Of a stretch of DNA of 37,425 nucleotides, positions 23,136 through 35,687 are shown in pieces. Under the pieces are notes generated by a model. That model had not been told where the DNA came from. It searched no databases and worked only from the letters and a program-made list of their open reading frames with translations. The position numbers and the translations under genes are program-made. Where the stretch lies: NCBI RefSeq assembly GCF_001194135.2, contig NC_068982.1, forward strand, positions 157,419,869-157,457,293. The letters are read 5' to 3'. Numbering within the stretch: the stretch's first letter is position 1; each line of letters opens with the position of its first letter. Origin of the DNA: Octopus bimaculoides. Its lineage: Eukaryota.

Positions 23136-23480
23136 ATTTTACTCTTCATAATTTTCATTATGCAAATTTTTCTGAAGAATATAGATATTTTATCTTGTTC
23201 ATGCTATGTTATTAGTATTATCCTGCGTTTGAGAATATTATTTCCTTATCTGTATCTTTCAATACATCTCAACGTCTGAATGTATGTGATGTGTGCATAC
23301 ATATCATAGAGAGAGAGAGAGAGAGAGATGTATGTATGTCTATATATATATATATCTATATATATGTATATATATATATATGTAACTTAAGTGTCTGAGT
23401 GATATTATCTCTCCCAGGTACATAAGTACGAGCAGCCCTATCAAGAGATTATTTAAGCACAAAACTTCCACGTAGATTCT

Positions 23481-23545
<65 letters not shown>

Positions 23546-24233
23546 AGTGCGTGTGTGTACGTGAGTGCGCGCATGTTTATATGCGTGTGTTACTGTGTTC
23601 GTTTTTCTGCACGCACGTGTTCACGTGTGTGGTCTACATTCATATTTATATCCTTGTGCTTGTATGTAATTGCGAGAGTCTACGTATGTCAATTATTTAT
23701 TTCTGACAGCCCATGTGTCACACGTTATTAAATGACCGTATTAGCAAAACTAAATGGACATTGAAACTCTGTCGATGAAAGCATTGCATCTGACAGTAGG
23801 CAGGGGTTTAGAAAAACAATCAAATCCATTTAGAAACATTATCCTCAAACTCTGACAGCTTTTGCTGCTATTAAGTTTCAGGTAGGGGTTAATAAAGAAA
23901 TGGCAAACCCGTTTGTATCACGTCATCACAACTAGACTGTGATTTTTTATATTAGTTAGAATCAGGATTATATCATATTTTATACGTCGATTCATATGTA
24001 GACGTTAATACACGTGATTATATATGTGTGTGATTGTGTGTGTATATGTGTGCATGAATATACAATCTATTTATCTATGTATGTTTCTATCTATTTATAT
24101 ATTTGTGTGTGTGTTTGTATATATAATATAAAATATATATACAGGTATATATATAATATGTCAAATATATATACACACATATATGTAATATATATGCATA
24201 GATACTCACACACTCACACTCATGCACACACAC

Positions 24234-24269
<36 letters not shown>

Positions 24270-24654
24270 NNNNNNNNNNNNNNNNNNNNNNNNNNNNNNN
24301 NNNNNNNNNNNNNNNNNNNNNNNNNNNNNNNNNNNNNNNNNNNNNNNNNNNNNNNNNNNNNNNNNNNNNNNNNGTGTGTGTGTGTGTGTGTGTGTGATGT
24401 TTCTATGTAGCTTGGTTGTTTGTTGTACTTTGTTTATCATTTTGTCCATGTTCTTTTGCCACGTCATGTACCCAGTTTTGTATCTATATGTACATGTAAA
24501 GGAAGGTATGTACATACATGTACATATATATGCATATACTCATATATTGTTTATATATATGTATATGTATATATATATATGGGAGAATTTACGAAAAAAA
24601 CAACAACAGACGAGGATAGGTGGTGTAAACAAGAAACGGATGTATTAGTTTAAC

Positions 24655-25065
24655 GCTCTCTTTTACTCTTTTAATTGTTTCAGTCATTTGACTGCCGCCA
24701 TGCTGGAGCACCGCTTTTAGTCGATCAAATCGATCCCGGGACTTATTCTTTGTAAGCCTAGTACTTATTCTATCGGTCTCTTTTGCTGAACCGCTAGATG
24801 ACGGAGGCATAAGCACACCAGCATCGGTTGTCAAGCAATGTTAGGGGGTCAAACGCAGACACACAACCATACACACGTACATACATATATATATATACAT
24901 ATATACGACGGGTTTCTTTCAGTTTCCGTCTACCAAATCCACTCACAAAGCTCTGGTCGACCCGAAGCTATAGTAGAAGACGCCCAAGATGCCACGCAGT
25001 GGGACTGAACCCGGAAGCATGTGGTTGGTAAGCTAGCTATTTACCACACAGCTACTCCTGCGCCT
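24655..25065 (-). mobile_element. tRNA-derived SINE family C with internal microsatellite
   Basis: Minus head AGGCGCAGGAGTAGCTGTGTGGTAA...GGGTTCAGTCCCACTGCGTGGC. Homologous to 31514-32007. Confidence 0.85.
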
Positions 25066-25092
25066 ATATCTGTAATATATATATATATATAT

Positions 25093-25152
25093 GGGAGGGT
25101 AACTTTCTAGGTGCAATCCCATGGTCAGACATGACCGAAGGGCGTCTCAGCA
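25093..25152 (+). mobile_element. 60-bp 3' tail of SINE family B embedded in (TA)n
   Basis: GGGAGGGTAACTTTCTAGGTGCAATCCCATGGTCAGACATGACCGAAGGGCGTCTCAG, flanked by TA repeats. Matches revcomp of 21171-21230. Confidence 0.8.
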
Positions 25153-25229
25153 TATATATATACATAGATATCTATATATATATATATATATTTCATCTTC
25201 TGTCTTTCATTTGCTATATAGATAGATGA

Positions 25230-25282
<53 letters not shown>

Positions 25283-25806
25283 GGCTTGATTACAGGTGAT
25301 CCCTAAAAGATCTAGGAAAATCAAAGTGAAGTACGCTACAATTAATGGCCAGGGAGAATGAAGCAAATCCGACAGTTAAATAATTATTATCATAGCACAA
25401 ATTGCATTGAAGAAGGTAAGTTCACTGTTTTTAGGTAGGCCACAACTCAATGTTAATCTAAATGTATCAAACAGTAAATGAAATCTGAAGTGTAGCGCAG
25501 AAAGGAATAAAAACATTTGGATGAGTTATCTAGTTCTGCCTCAATTGTTTCATGAAGAGGCTTTTTATGACGCACACATAGTATCGTCAGGTATGCAGTA
25601 TGCACAACATTAAGAAAATACGTTGTATGTTACGCAACACTCAATTCATCAAGTTTACTACATAAGCAAGCGAGTAGTGTTAGGTTGAATAATCAAAAGG
25701 ACATCAACAAGGGAAATTTTCCTTGAGCATTATCAACATTTAAGAAATGTAAACAGGGTAGTCTACAATGCATACCTATATATATGTGCGTGTGTGTGTG
25801 TATGCG

Positions 25807-25854
<48 letters not shown>

Positions 25855-26404
25855 TATATTTATTTATCTCCCGATGAGATACATCTGCACCACTGGATGC
25901 TCCTGAACCAGTTGTTGAGTGTCCCACCCGAGAGGAATCGATGCTAGATATGTCGAAACAATTGTCGTGATTAACAATAAATTCTCGTATATTCCATCTT
26001 CTGAAAATAAGACAAGGTAGAAAATGCTAAAATAATTTTATCATGAAGAACATTTTAGTACCGCTTTCTGCTATTTACTACCTACCTACCTACCTACCTA
26101 CCTACCTACCTACCTACCTACCAGGCATTCACAAAGGAATAGAGAGAGAGGGACAGACTGCCTTGAACCTATGGAAATATTTACCTATTCAAAGACTATG
26201 AAAATATCTACAAAACATTTCACTTAATTTTTTTCTCCAATTTAATTGTTTTTCTAATCATACTCAGTTGAAAAAGTCTAAAATTACGGAAACCGGTACT
26301 AAAATGTTCTTCGTAATAAAATCATTTTTGCATTTTCTACCTTGTCTTATTTCCCTTATACATATCAACTCGTGTTTTACTTGTCTACCGTATACATACA
26401 TACA

Positions 26405-26438
<34 letters not shown>

Positions 26439-27310
26439 CATACATGCATACATACATACATACATACATATATAATACATACATACATACAAACATACAT
26501 GTCATAGAGGTCAGCTGCCCTGCAGATATAAATATCTCTTTGAAAATCAAAGAAATATTTTTCCTCTCCCCCTCTCTCTCACTCACACACACTCTCTCTC
26601 TAGTTCTTTCCCTAATTCTTCAATCCCTCTGCACCCCACCTTTCTCTGTTCTTCCCACGTGACCAGTGTTCGGCCAAGACTGATCTTTCTTTCTTGATCT
26701 GACTGCCGCTCACACAACACCTTCCTTTCTTGTCTCCTGGCTTTCATCTATATTTGTTGTCATAAAGCTTCAGCTTCACACACCAGCTTAACCTAACTTG
26801 TGCTTTTAGTCGAAAGACAATTGTTGTTATTCTTATTGTTTGTATTTGTAATTGTGTAATATTTTCTCCGTATTCTCTTTTTTTTTTTTGTCCATGTTGT
26901 CACACATATTCGCCCACTTTCTTCCAAAAAGTTAATCCCCTTAGCTTAGATTTTTCGAGGCCTACCAATTTTGAACAATCTCAAGAGTAACATACCGAAA
27001 CTGTAGTGATAACTGTAAGCTTGACTGATGAATAGAAAGTTACGAATATTCTGTCCAGGTTTTCTTGTCTGTCTTTGAATCCTCCATTTGTCCGTATGTT
27101 TTCATTGTCGTCCGTTATGCCTGCATGTCGTCCGTTATGTTCTTGAGAAGTAAATGCAAGGTAAATCACAACAAAACAAATATTTGAATTAATGTCGACT
27201 TACTTTGTATTCAATATTTCGGGGTTATGACACCCTTTTCAAGAAATTGACGATTGCTGCCGATGTGCTTGTGTGTGAGCATGTTTGGGGTGGAAATGCG
27301 CGGAGAGGTG

Positions 27311-27545
27311 TTGCAATACCAACCAGCTAGTTTCCTGTAACTCTTTTCTGCCGTTGATCTTAGGCTTCTTTTTGTGTATGAGGATGGCCTCAGAGACTCT
27401 ATGGTTGCTCCTGGTCCGCTGTGTTGCCTTGTTCCGCTGTGAACTCCCGGATCTGGCATTTCCGCAGATGTTTCTTCACAGAAGTGTCTGCCTGCATGTG
27501 TCCTTTAATACGAACATGCAGTTTTCTTGTCGTGCTTCCAATGTG

Positions 27546-27548
<3 letters not shown>
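27311..27548 (-). pseudogene. GIY-YIG endonuclease relic of a Penelope-like retroelement
   Basis: Minus-strand translation HIGSTTRKLHVRIKGH (YIGxTxRxLxxRxxEH) ...SVKKHLRKC, then after a frameshift VSEAILIHKKKPKINGRKE (ExxxIxxxxPxxN). Confidence 0.8.
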
Positions 27549-27585
<37 letters not shown>

Positions 27586-27590
<5 letters not shown>

Positions 27591-27795
27591 ACTCGAGTTC
27601 GTGCATATCAGGTAAGACTAGAGATGTGAGCAATGACTTACCTCGCAAAAACTCAACGGACATAGCTGGAAGAGATGTCTTTCTGGTGCTATAAATATCG
27701 GTAACACTGTCCCGTATGGGACGCCACACTTGGTTGGCAATTATATGTTACGACTCCGTATTGCTACTGTCTATATCTCGCTCAGAGATTCAATA
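27586..27795 (-). repeat. Tandem repeat copy 1 (partner 27921-28150), degenerate GIY-YIG-like
   Basis: Direct repeat, offset 335 bp at the left ends. Minus translation from 27757: [22 protein letters not shown]. Confidence 0.65.
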
Positions 27796-27920
27796 ATTCA
27801 TTTCTCATTTTACAAGATCAGCGACGGTTTGTCGCTAGGAAAAGCATATAGCATTTTGCGAGTGGGATAAGTTTTCGTTACTAGACGGTTATTAACACAC
27901 GCTGAGAACGGGTAACCACC

Positions 27921-28150
27921 CAGAAACTCGAGTCCATGTGTATCACAGAATTCTAGAGATGGGACTGATAATCTCCTCTCTCAAATACTAATCGGACACA
28001 GACAGTGTGTCATTACATAGCTGGAAGTGATGTCTTCCTGGGGTTCTAAACGTCAGTAGCACTGTCCTGTATATAACGCCATACTTGGTTGGCAGTTATA
28101 TGTTACGATTCCGTATTGTTACTGTTTCTATGTCGGTCAGAGATTTAATA
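27921..28150 (-). repeat. Tandem repeat copy 2, degenerate GIY-YIG-like
   Basis: Minus translation from 28112: [24 protein letters not shown], i.e. GIV-x10-YTGQxx(R)xLxxR. Confidence 0.65.
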
Positions 28151-28156
28151 TAGCCC

Positions 28157-28204
<48 letters not shown>

Positions 28205-28265
28205 ACATATACATATATACACATATATATATATATATATACACATACACACACACGCACGCGCG

Positions 28266-28308
<43 letters not shown>

Positions 28309-29717
28309 GTAAAGATCTATGTAAATGAATATGTATAAATATCTACATATATATATATATATGTATATACTTGTACGTCTGTATGTTTATGTATGTATGT
28401 ATGTACACATACATATTTGCTCACAAAGTTGCACACGCTCACATCGACGCACATACACACGTATACACATATGAGTGCATTGTTCCTGCGAACGTCCATG
28501 TGCTATCTTAAGGGTGTTAATTCATGCGTTTTGCTTTATTTTGCATGCACCAGAATAAGTACACACTAACACACACACACGCACCCAGATACACACTCGC
28601 ATACACATGCTTATATTCATACAATATATATGTACACACACACACACATATATATATATATATTGGTATGATTACTATTTCCTCTAATCAAATCAAAAGC
28701 CACGCAATTAAAAATATAGATAAATAATTGCTACTGGGTGGGGATGTCTACGTTTGTTAATTCTTAATGAATTCGGATTAATAATGGCATTAATGACAAA
28801 AGATAACTTAAATGAACGGTTGAAATAATACTCCAGGGGCACTCGTGATCATTATACATGAAGTTTCTGCTATCAAACCACGCCAGCGACCTTTTTAAGG
28901 GAATAAATATCGGGTAACTTCAAATTTTAGTCCAGCAGTGGTTTGTGAGGCCAGAAATGATATTTACCTACTGTGTGCTGAGACACATTCCCTAGAAGTG
29001 CCGTATATATATATATATATATATATATNNNNNNNNNNNNNNNNNNNNNNNNNNNNNNNNNNNNNNNNNNNNNNNNNNNNNNNNNNNNNNNNNNNNNNNN
29101 NNNNNNNNNNNNNNNNNNNNNNNNNNNNNNNNNNNNNNNNNNNNNNNNNNNNNNNNNNNNNNNNNNNNNNNNNNNNNNNNNNNNNNNNNNNNNNNNNNNN
29201 NNNNNNNNNNNNNNNNNNNNNNNNNNNNNNNNNNNNNNNNNNNNNNNNNNNNNNNNNNNNNNNNNNNNNNNNNNNNNNNNNNNNNNNNNNNNNNNNNNNN
29301 NNNNNNNNNNNNNNNNNNNNNNNNNNNNNNNNNNNNNNNNNNNNNNNNNNNNNNNNNNNNNNNNNNNNNNNNNNNNNNNNNNNNNNNNNNNNNNNNNNNN
29401 NNNNNNNNNNNNNNNNNNNNNNNNNNNNNNNNNNNNNNNNNNNNNNNNNNNNNNNNNNNNNNNNNNNNNNNNNNNNNNNNNNNNNNNNNNNNNNNNNNNN
29501 NNNNNNNNNNNNNNNNNNNNNNNNNNNNNNNNNNNNNNNNNNNNNNNNNNNNNNNNNNNNNNNNNNNNNNNNNNNNNNNNNNNNNNNNNNNNNNNNNNNN
29601 NNNNNNNNNNNNNNNNNNNNNNNNNNNNNNNNNNNNNNNNNNNNNNNNNNNNNNNNNNNNNNNNNNNNNNNNNNNNNNNNNNNNNNNNNNNNNNNNNNNN
29701 NNNNNNNNNNNNNNNNN

Positions 29718-29766
<49 letters not shown>

Positions 29767-31513
29767 TATATATATACATGTGTGTATATACAGAGAGACC
29801 GAAAGAGAGAGAGTGAGAGACAGAGATGTATATATGCACGTATATGTATTTTGTATATGCGTATATATGGTTTTCTCTCTTTATGTATTATCTCTGTCCT
29901 TTCTTTGACCCAATCTTTTACACACATACACACAAACACATTCATGCACACAAACACACTCACACACACACACACACACAGAGGCACGCAGACACATACA
30001 TGCACATGCGCGCGAAAACTCTCTTTAGCCTTGTGTATTCGTGCGTGTAAATTCATTGGCTTGTGTCGGTCGGGGTGCATGAAAATAGCTACTGTTTCGC
30101 ATTCTGAGTGTATTTTGTATAGTTTTCATGTGAGCAAGAAAGCTGATCTTTCTTGGAACAATTATTTCTAATGGCTGACTTAAGTGGAATGTATTATATT
30201 GGCATTTAAACATTTTTTTTAAGTCACAGCTTTACATCAAACACGAATTAAAAGTCAATTTTTGTTTCTCTATTCAAACTCTCTCTCTCTCATATCTACA
30301 CTTCTTTTATTCAGCTCTTTCCTATTCTTAACACAGCCTACTTACACCCCTACTTTTACCCTATTTCTTGGTTTCTCTCTCCCTTATTTTAATTTTTTTT
30401 CTCTATAAAACGCTTCCTTCGTTTTTTGTTTCGCTGATTTGATTTGAGGGCAAAAAAATTTAGCGAATGTAGACTTCGTGATTCTATTTGCTGTGTTTGC
30501 TACCGCTTTTGTTCCTGTTGTTGTTTTTATTATGTTAGTGTATTTTTTAGCAATCGATTTACGTTCTTTATTGTTATTTTTACTGGTGATTTTTTTTATA
30601 GTAGTTCTTCAACTTTTTTGTTGTTGTTGTTTCAGTTGGTGTCGGATTTTTTTTCTCTAGACAATGCTTCTCTACATATTGTTGTGGCCTCTCTGGAAGG
30701 TATCCTTTTTTATGTTTGTTATTTAAGTATTTCTTTATCTGATCTAAAATATACCAGTGTGTGTGTATGTATATGTTGAAACTTCACCACCTTAGATAAA
30801 TGAATATTATTCTAGTCTATATATTATTTGGGCTTTGTATGTTGATAATCATTTTCTTGTGATCGAATATATTAAAAACTAAATAGAAAGTACATACATT
30901 TTATTTGAAGAATATCGAAACAACATCATAAAATGCTAGTCTAAGTATTTTAGATATTCTTTAGTGTGTTTGTACCATGTGGGTTTCTGAAACATATTTT
31001 GTGTACAGGGAGACAAACAATGCCATTTAAGAGGATAATCTTGTATTCATACATGTGACATGTTTAGGTGACTTAGGGTTTCATTTTTCACAATAATTAA
31101 ATAAAGAAGTGGCCAGGTTATAAGTAGGCAGCTATGTGTAGTTGCAGTTAGCTGATCATTTGAAGCAGCAAAAGATATATATAAGTAAGGTCAGAGATGT
31201 GAAATGGTTTCTATAAGAGAATCGTGTTTAGGAAAGTTTTCAATTCAGATAGTAAATATGAGAGAGGACCGTTGACATGCTATCAGTAATATAAAATAAT
31301 AGATTTGTTTTTAGAGAGGATATAGATCAGTGAAGATGTAGGCTATTTTCGATCTTATCGAATATCGTGGAGATGGGTGTTTCTTTCATAAATTACCACG
31401 CTTAACATATGAAGATATCGAAAAATTGCTGGAAACTTTGTTCTGCTTTGATGAAATATAACACATGACTGTCATGATATTTCGACAATAAGTATTGATA
31501 TATGAAAAAAGAT

Positions 31514-31721
31514 AGTGGCTGTGTGGTAAGAAGCTTTATTCTCAGCCACATCGACTCGGGTTCAGTCCCACTACGTGACACCTTGGACAAGCGTCTTCTA
31601 AGTGTAGCTTCGTGATGACCAAAACCTTATGAGTGGATTTGGTAGACGGAAACTGAATGAAGCCCGTTATCTCTCCCTCCCTCCCTCCCTCCCTGTCTGT
31701 CTGTCTGTCTCCCTGTCTGTC

Positions 31722-31753
<32 letters not shown>

Positions 31754-32007
31754 ATGTATATGTATGTAATGTATTTATATGTCTGTATTTGTCTCTCCAC
31801 TCGCCATTGCTTGACAACCAAAAGTGTTGTGTTTATATCCCCATAACTAAGTGGTTCGGCAAAAGAGACCGATAAAATAAGTACTAGGCTCATAAAGAAC
31901 AACTCCTGGGGTCGATTTCAACGACTAAAACCCTTTAAGGCGTCGCTCCAGCATGGCCGCAGTAAAAATGACTGAAACAATTAACAGAATGAAGGAATAA
32001 AAGAATA
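31514..32007 (+). mobile_element. tRNA-derived SINE family C with internal compound microsatellite
   Basis: AGTGGCTGTGTGGTAAGAAG...GGGTTCAGTCCCACTACGTG...GAGTGGATTTGGTAGACGGAAACTGAA, then (CCCT)n(GTCT)n(GT)n, then ...CTCCAGCATGGCCGCAGT...TGACTGAAACAA. Confidence 0.85.
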
Positions 32008-32091
32008 TACACACATACACACTCACACGCACATACACGTACATACATACATAGTACATACATACATAGTACATACATACACACACAAACA

Positions 32092-32130
<39 letters not shown>

Positions 32131-33027
32131 GCACGCACACACACATATACCTATAGTAGAGTAGAAATATTTTTGACCAACTATTTTATATAAAAGATTG
32201 TTTGCCAACATAAAATGGCAGTCCTGGTTTAGGACGAATGTTGCTGTAATTTAGCCCCAAGAGACATCTGTGTCTTTATATTTTCGAAAATATAAGGACA
32301 CAGATCATGTCTACATTGGAGTATATTTATGGGAAGCAGTCGGTACCTGTAATACAGTTGGAACTGATGAGTTCCCGAGGATTTTAAACTTCACCTTTGT
32401 TATTGGATTTCCTCACTCGATCAGAGCATGCTTGTCTGCTGTACTACCATTTCACGACTAGAAATAACAAGTAGAACATTACTAAGAATACTGTTAGGTG
32501 CCTGGAGATTTAGCCATTCTGCCCCAGTCGAGATGAAGGCAGTCTTTATAAAACAATACATGGTTAATATATGACATTTAGACATTAATTACTGTAATCT
32601 ATTTTATCAAATACTCGATTCATTTCAATACTTTAAATGCAAGGAATCAGTTTCACTATAAATGAATAAATAAATAAATAAATATTCGGTTTCAAAACTT
32701 ATTAAGTTATATCTAGACATTTTTTCTTTTTTTAGCCAAAAGTTTATTTTTGCTCTGTAGATTTATGCTTACGGACATATATGATTTGGACACGAACATG
32801 CCTTCTGATTATCATGAACCAGTTTATTATTATTATTATTATTATTATCATTATTATTATCATCATCATCATCATTTCGTAACTCGTCCATCGCTTTTGG
32901 GGCGAATAAAAAAAATGATCATTATTTTTTTTCCCGATGTTTCTTTTTACATTCTTTTAGTCATTATCATGAATATAGTTAATGTAAAAAAATGTAATAA
33001 ATATCAATATTATCATTATTATGGCAA

Positions 33028-33332
33028 CGCTACGTTCTGAGTTCAAATTCCGCCGAGGTTGACTTTGCCTTTTATCCATTCGGAGTCAATAAATTAGGTA
33101 CCAGTGAAACAGTGGGGTTGATGTAATCGACTAGTTCCCTTCCCCTAAATTTCAGGTCTTGTTCTTATAATAGAAAGGATTATTATTATTACCATTATTA
33201 AGGCTGTGAGCTGGCTGAATCGTTAACACGCTGGACGAAATGCTTAAGTACCAGTTGAACACTGTAATCGATTCATCCCCTTCCGCAAAATTGCTGCTCT
33301 TGTGGCAAACTTTGAAACCATTATTATTATCA
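33028..33332 (+). mobile_element. Two head-to-tail SINE family A copies (5'-truncated 33028-33190; internally deleted 33200-33332)
   Basis: Core and tail consensus; both end in (ATT)n. Confidence 0.85.
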
Positions 33333-33363
33333 TGACGGTTAATTGTAATATTTTATATATAAA

Positions 33364-33467
33364 CTAGCAAGTCCCGTGCGGTCAAAAATGACGGCTAATT
33401 GTAGTATTTTATGTATAAAAAATCTACATAATAATCACACATGGAAATATTTACATACTTCCCCTGT

Positions 33468-33515
<48 letters not shown>

Positions 33516-33810
33516 GCACACGGAGTTGAAACGCTGTTTGATTTTTCTTTTCAGCGTTGAATGTTCACCATCCCACACACGCGCGCGCGCACGAACACAC
33601 ACACAAACACAAACATTCACATGACTCGCTTTTACAAATACACACACATATACTAACGCAGAGTTGAAACACTGTATGATTTTTTTAGCGTAGAACTTCC
33701 ATCATCCACTACCAAATTTGCCAACACCCATTCCTTATTCATCTTTCACCCTTTCCTTTCTCATTCATATGTTGTGACGGAAAAATACACACGAGTATTA
33801 TTATGGTAGA
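33364..33810 (-). mobile_element. Probable non-autonomous Helitron
   Basis: Minus strand: A|TCTACC... start, and ...CCGTCATTTTTGACCGCACGGGACTTGCTAG|T end (hairpin, CTAG, AT target, no TSD). Internal direct repeats GAGTTGAAAC.CTGT.TGATTTTT (about 33523 and 33661) separated by microsatellites. Confidence 0.6.
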
Positions 33811-33815
33811 TTACT

Positions 33816-34247
33816 AAGCCGGTGAGCTGGCAGAATCGTTAGCTAAGCGGCATTTCACCCGTCTCTACGTTCTGACGTCAAATTCCGCCGAGATCAACTT
33901 CGCTTTCATCCATTCGCGGTCGATAAATTAAGTACTAGTGAAACACTGGGATCTATGTAATCAACTAGTCCCTCTCTCACAAATTTGAGGCCTTATGCCT
34001 CCAGTAAAAACGACTGTTATCATTATTAGGCGGCAAAATCGTTAGCATGCTCGACGAAATGCAAAGCAGTATTTTGCCTGTTGCTACGTTCAGTGTTCAA
34101 ATTCTGCCGAGGTCGACTTTGCCTTTCATCCTTTCGGGGTCGATAAATTAAGTACTATTTGAGTACCGGCGTCAATGTAGTCGACTTAACTCCTCCTCCA
34201 AAATTTCAGATCTTGTGCTTATAGTAGAAATCATTTTTATCATTATT
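33816..34247 (+). mobile_element. Two head-to-tail SINE family A copies (33816-34027; 34028-34247)
   Basis: Head, core and tail consensus in both; (ATT)-rich junction. Confidence 0.85.
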
Positions 34248-35117
34248 ACCCATTGTAGCTATAGAACATTTTTACGGTCATGTTTTAGACTTTCTGTACA
34301 GTAACATTCAATATTTAACAAAACTCTCCTGCTCAAAAAAAAAAAAGAACATCAAATGAAGAAAAGCGACAAAAAAAAAAAGAGATTTTATATTTCACTG
34401 GTAGACTATTATCCCGTTTCTAAATTGAATTATCTGATGCATTGCGACCTGATGTTACACATTACCCCAATGATATAAACAACCCCCCTTTAAATACACA
34501 AACTGTGCAGCTATCTCTGTGATGTCCGAATCGAGAGACAATGCTATTCGATAGATATTAATAAGAGATGACATAGGGGCTATAAATATACACGCTGGTC
34601 CGAGTTTGATCTCAGAACTCGGTGTCATGGGCATGTCTTCCATTATAGCCTTGGGTTGACTAATGTTAAAATTTCTGGTAGGAAGTATGAAGAAGCAATA
34701 TACATGTGTACATGGCAGGTATGTATATNNNNNNNNNNNNNNNNNNNNNNNNNNNNNNNNNNNNNNNNNNNNNNNNNNNNNNNNNNNNNNNNNNNNNNNN
34801 NNNNNNNNNNNNNNNNNNNNNNNNNNNNNNNNNNNNNNNNNNNNNNNNNNNNNNNNNNNNNNNNNNNNNNNNNNNNNNNNNNNNNNNNNNNNNNNNNNNN
34901 NNNNNNNNNNNNNNNNNNNNNNNNNNNNNNNNNNNNNNNNNNNNNNNNNNNNNNNNNNNNNNNNNNNNNNNNNNNNNNNNNNNNNNNNNNNNNNNNNNNN
35001 NNNNNNNNNNNNNNNNNNNNNNNNNNNNNNNNNNNNNNNNNNNNNNNNNNNNNNNNNNNNNNNNNNNNNNNNNNNNNNNNNNNNNNNNNNNNNNNNNNNN
35101 NNNNNNNNNNNNNNNNN

Positions 35118-35191
<74 letters not shown>

Positions 35192-35374
35192 CATGTGTCG
35201 CGCGCGCGTGTACTTCATTTTCCTGTGTGTATATATTTGTATATACGTATATCTATGTGAGTAGACGTGGGCTATTTCCCCTGCATCCCGTTTTTTAATT
35301 TTTGTTTTTCCCGTAATTTCTCTTAGACAAATTTCCATTAAATCAGGCGTGTACTGTATTTCCTCATTATTCGT

Positions 35375-35418
35375 TTCTTCTTCTTCTTCTTCTTCTTCTT
35401 CTTCTTCTTCTTCTTCTT

Positions 35419-35465
<47 letters not shown>

Positions 35466-35480
35466 GCTACTACTGTTGTT
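35375..35480. repeat. Compound trinucleotide array (TTC)n(TAC)n grading to TGC/TGT
   Basis: Read directly. Confidence 0.9.
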
Positions 35481-35655
35481 GGCGCTGGTGCTGCTCTACT
35501 TCATCTTTTTATGTCTGTATAATACATACACACAAGCCTACATATACACATAGAAGGACACAGAAATATGTACATATGTGTGTGTACATATGCATCAAAT
35601 ACACATACACAAACATATATATACTTATATATACGTATATATGTATGTATGTACG

Positions 35656-35687
<32 letters not shown>

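Noticed and set aside
27020-27045. CTGATGA...GAAA hammerhead-like words (also CTGATGA at about 18708 and 32364)
   Set aside because: There is no stem II, or no correctly placed GAAA and stems I/III.
32270-32461. 63-aa ORF in non-repeat sequence
   Set aside because: GTG start, no recognisable motif and no supporting splice signals.
33000-34250. CRISPR-like or regularly spaced array
   Set aside because: The repeats are diverged 130-220-bp SINE copies in eukaryotic DNA, with no constant repeat-spacer structure.
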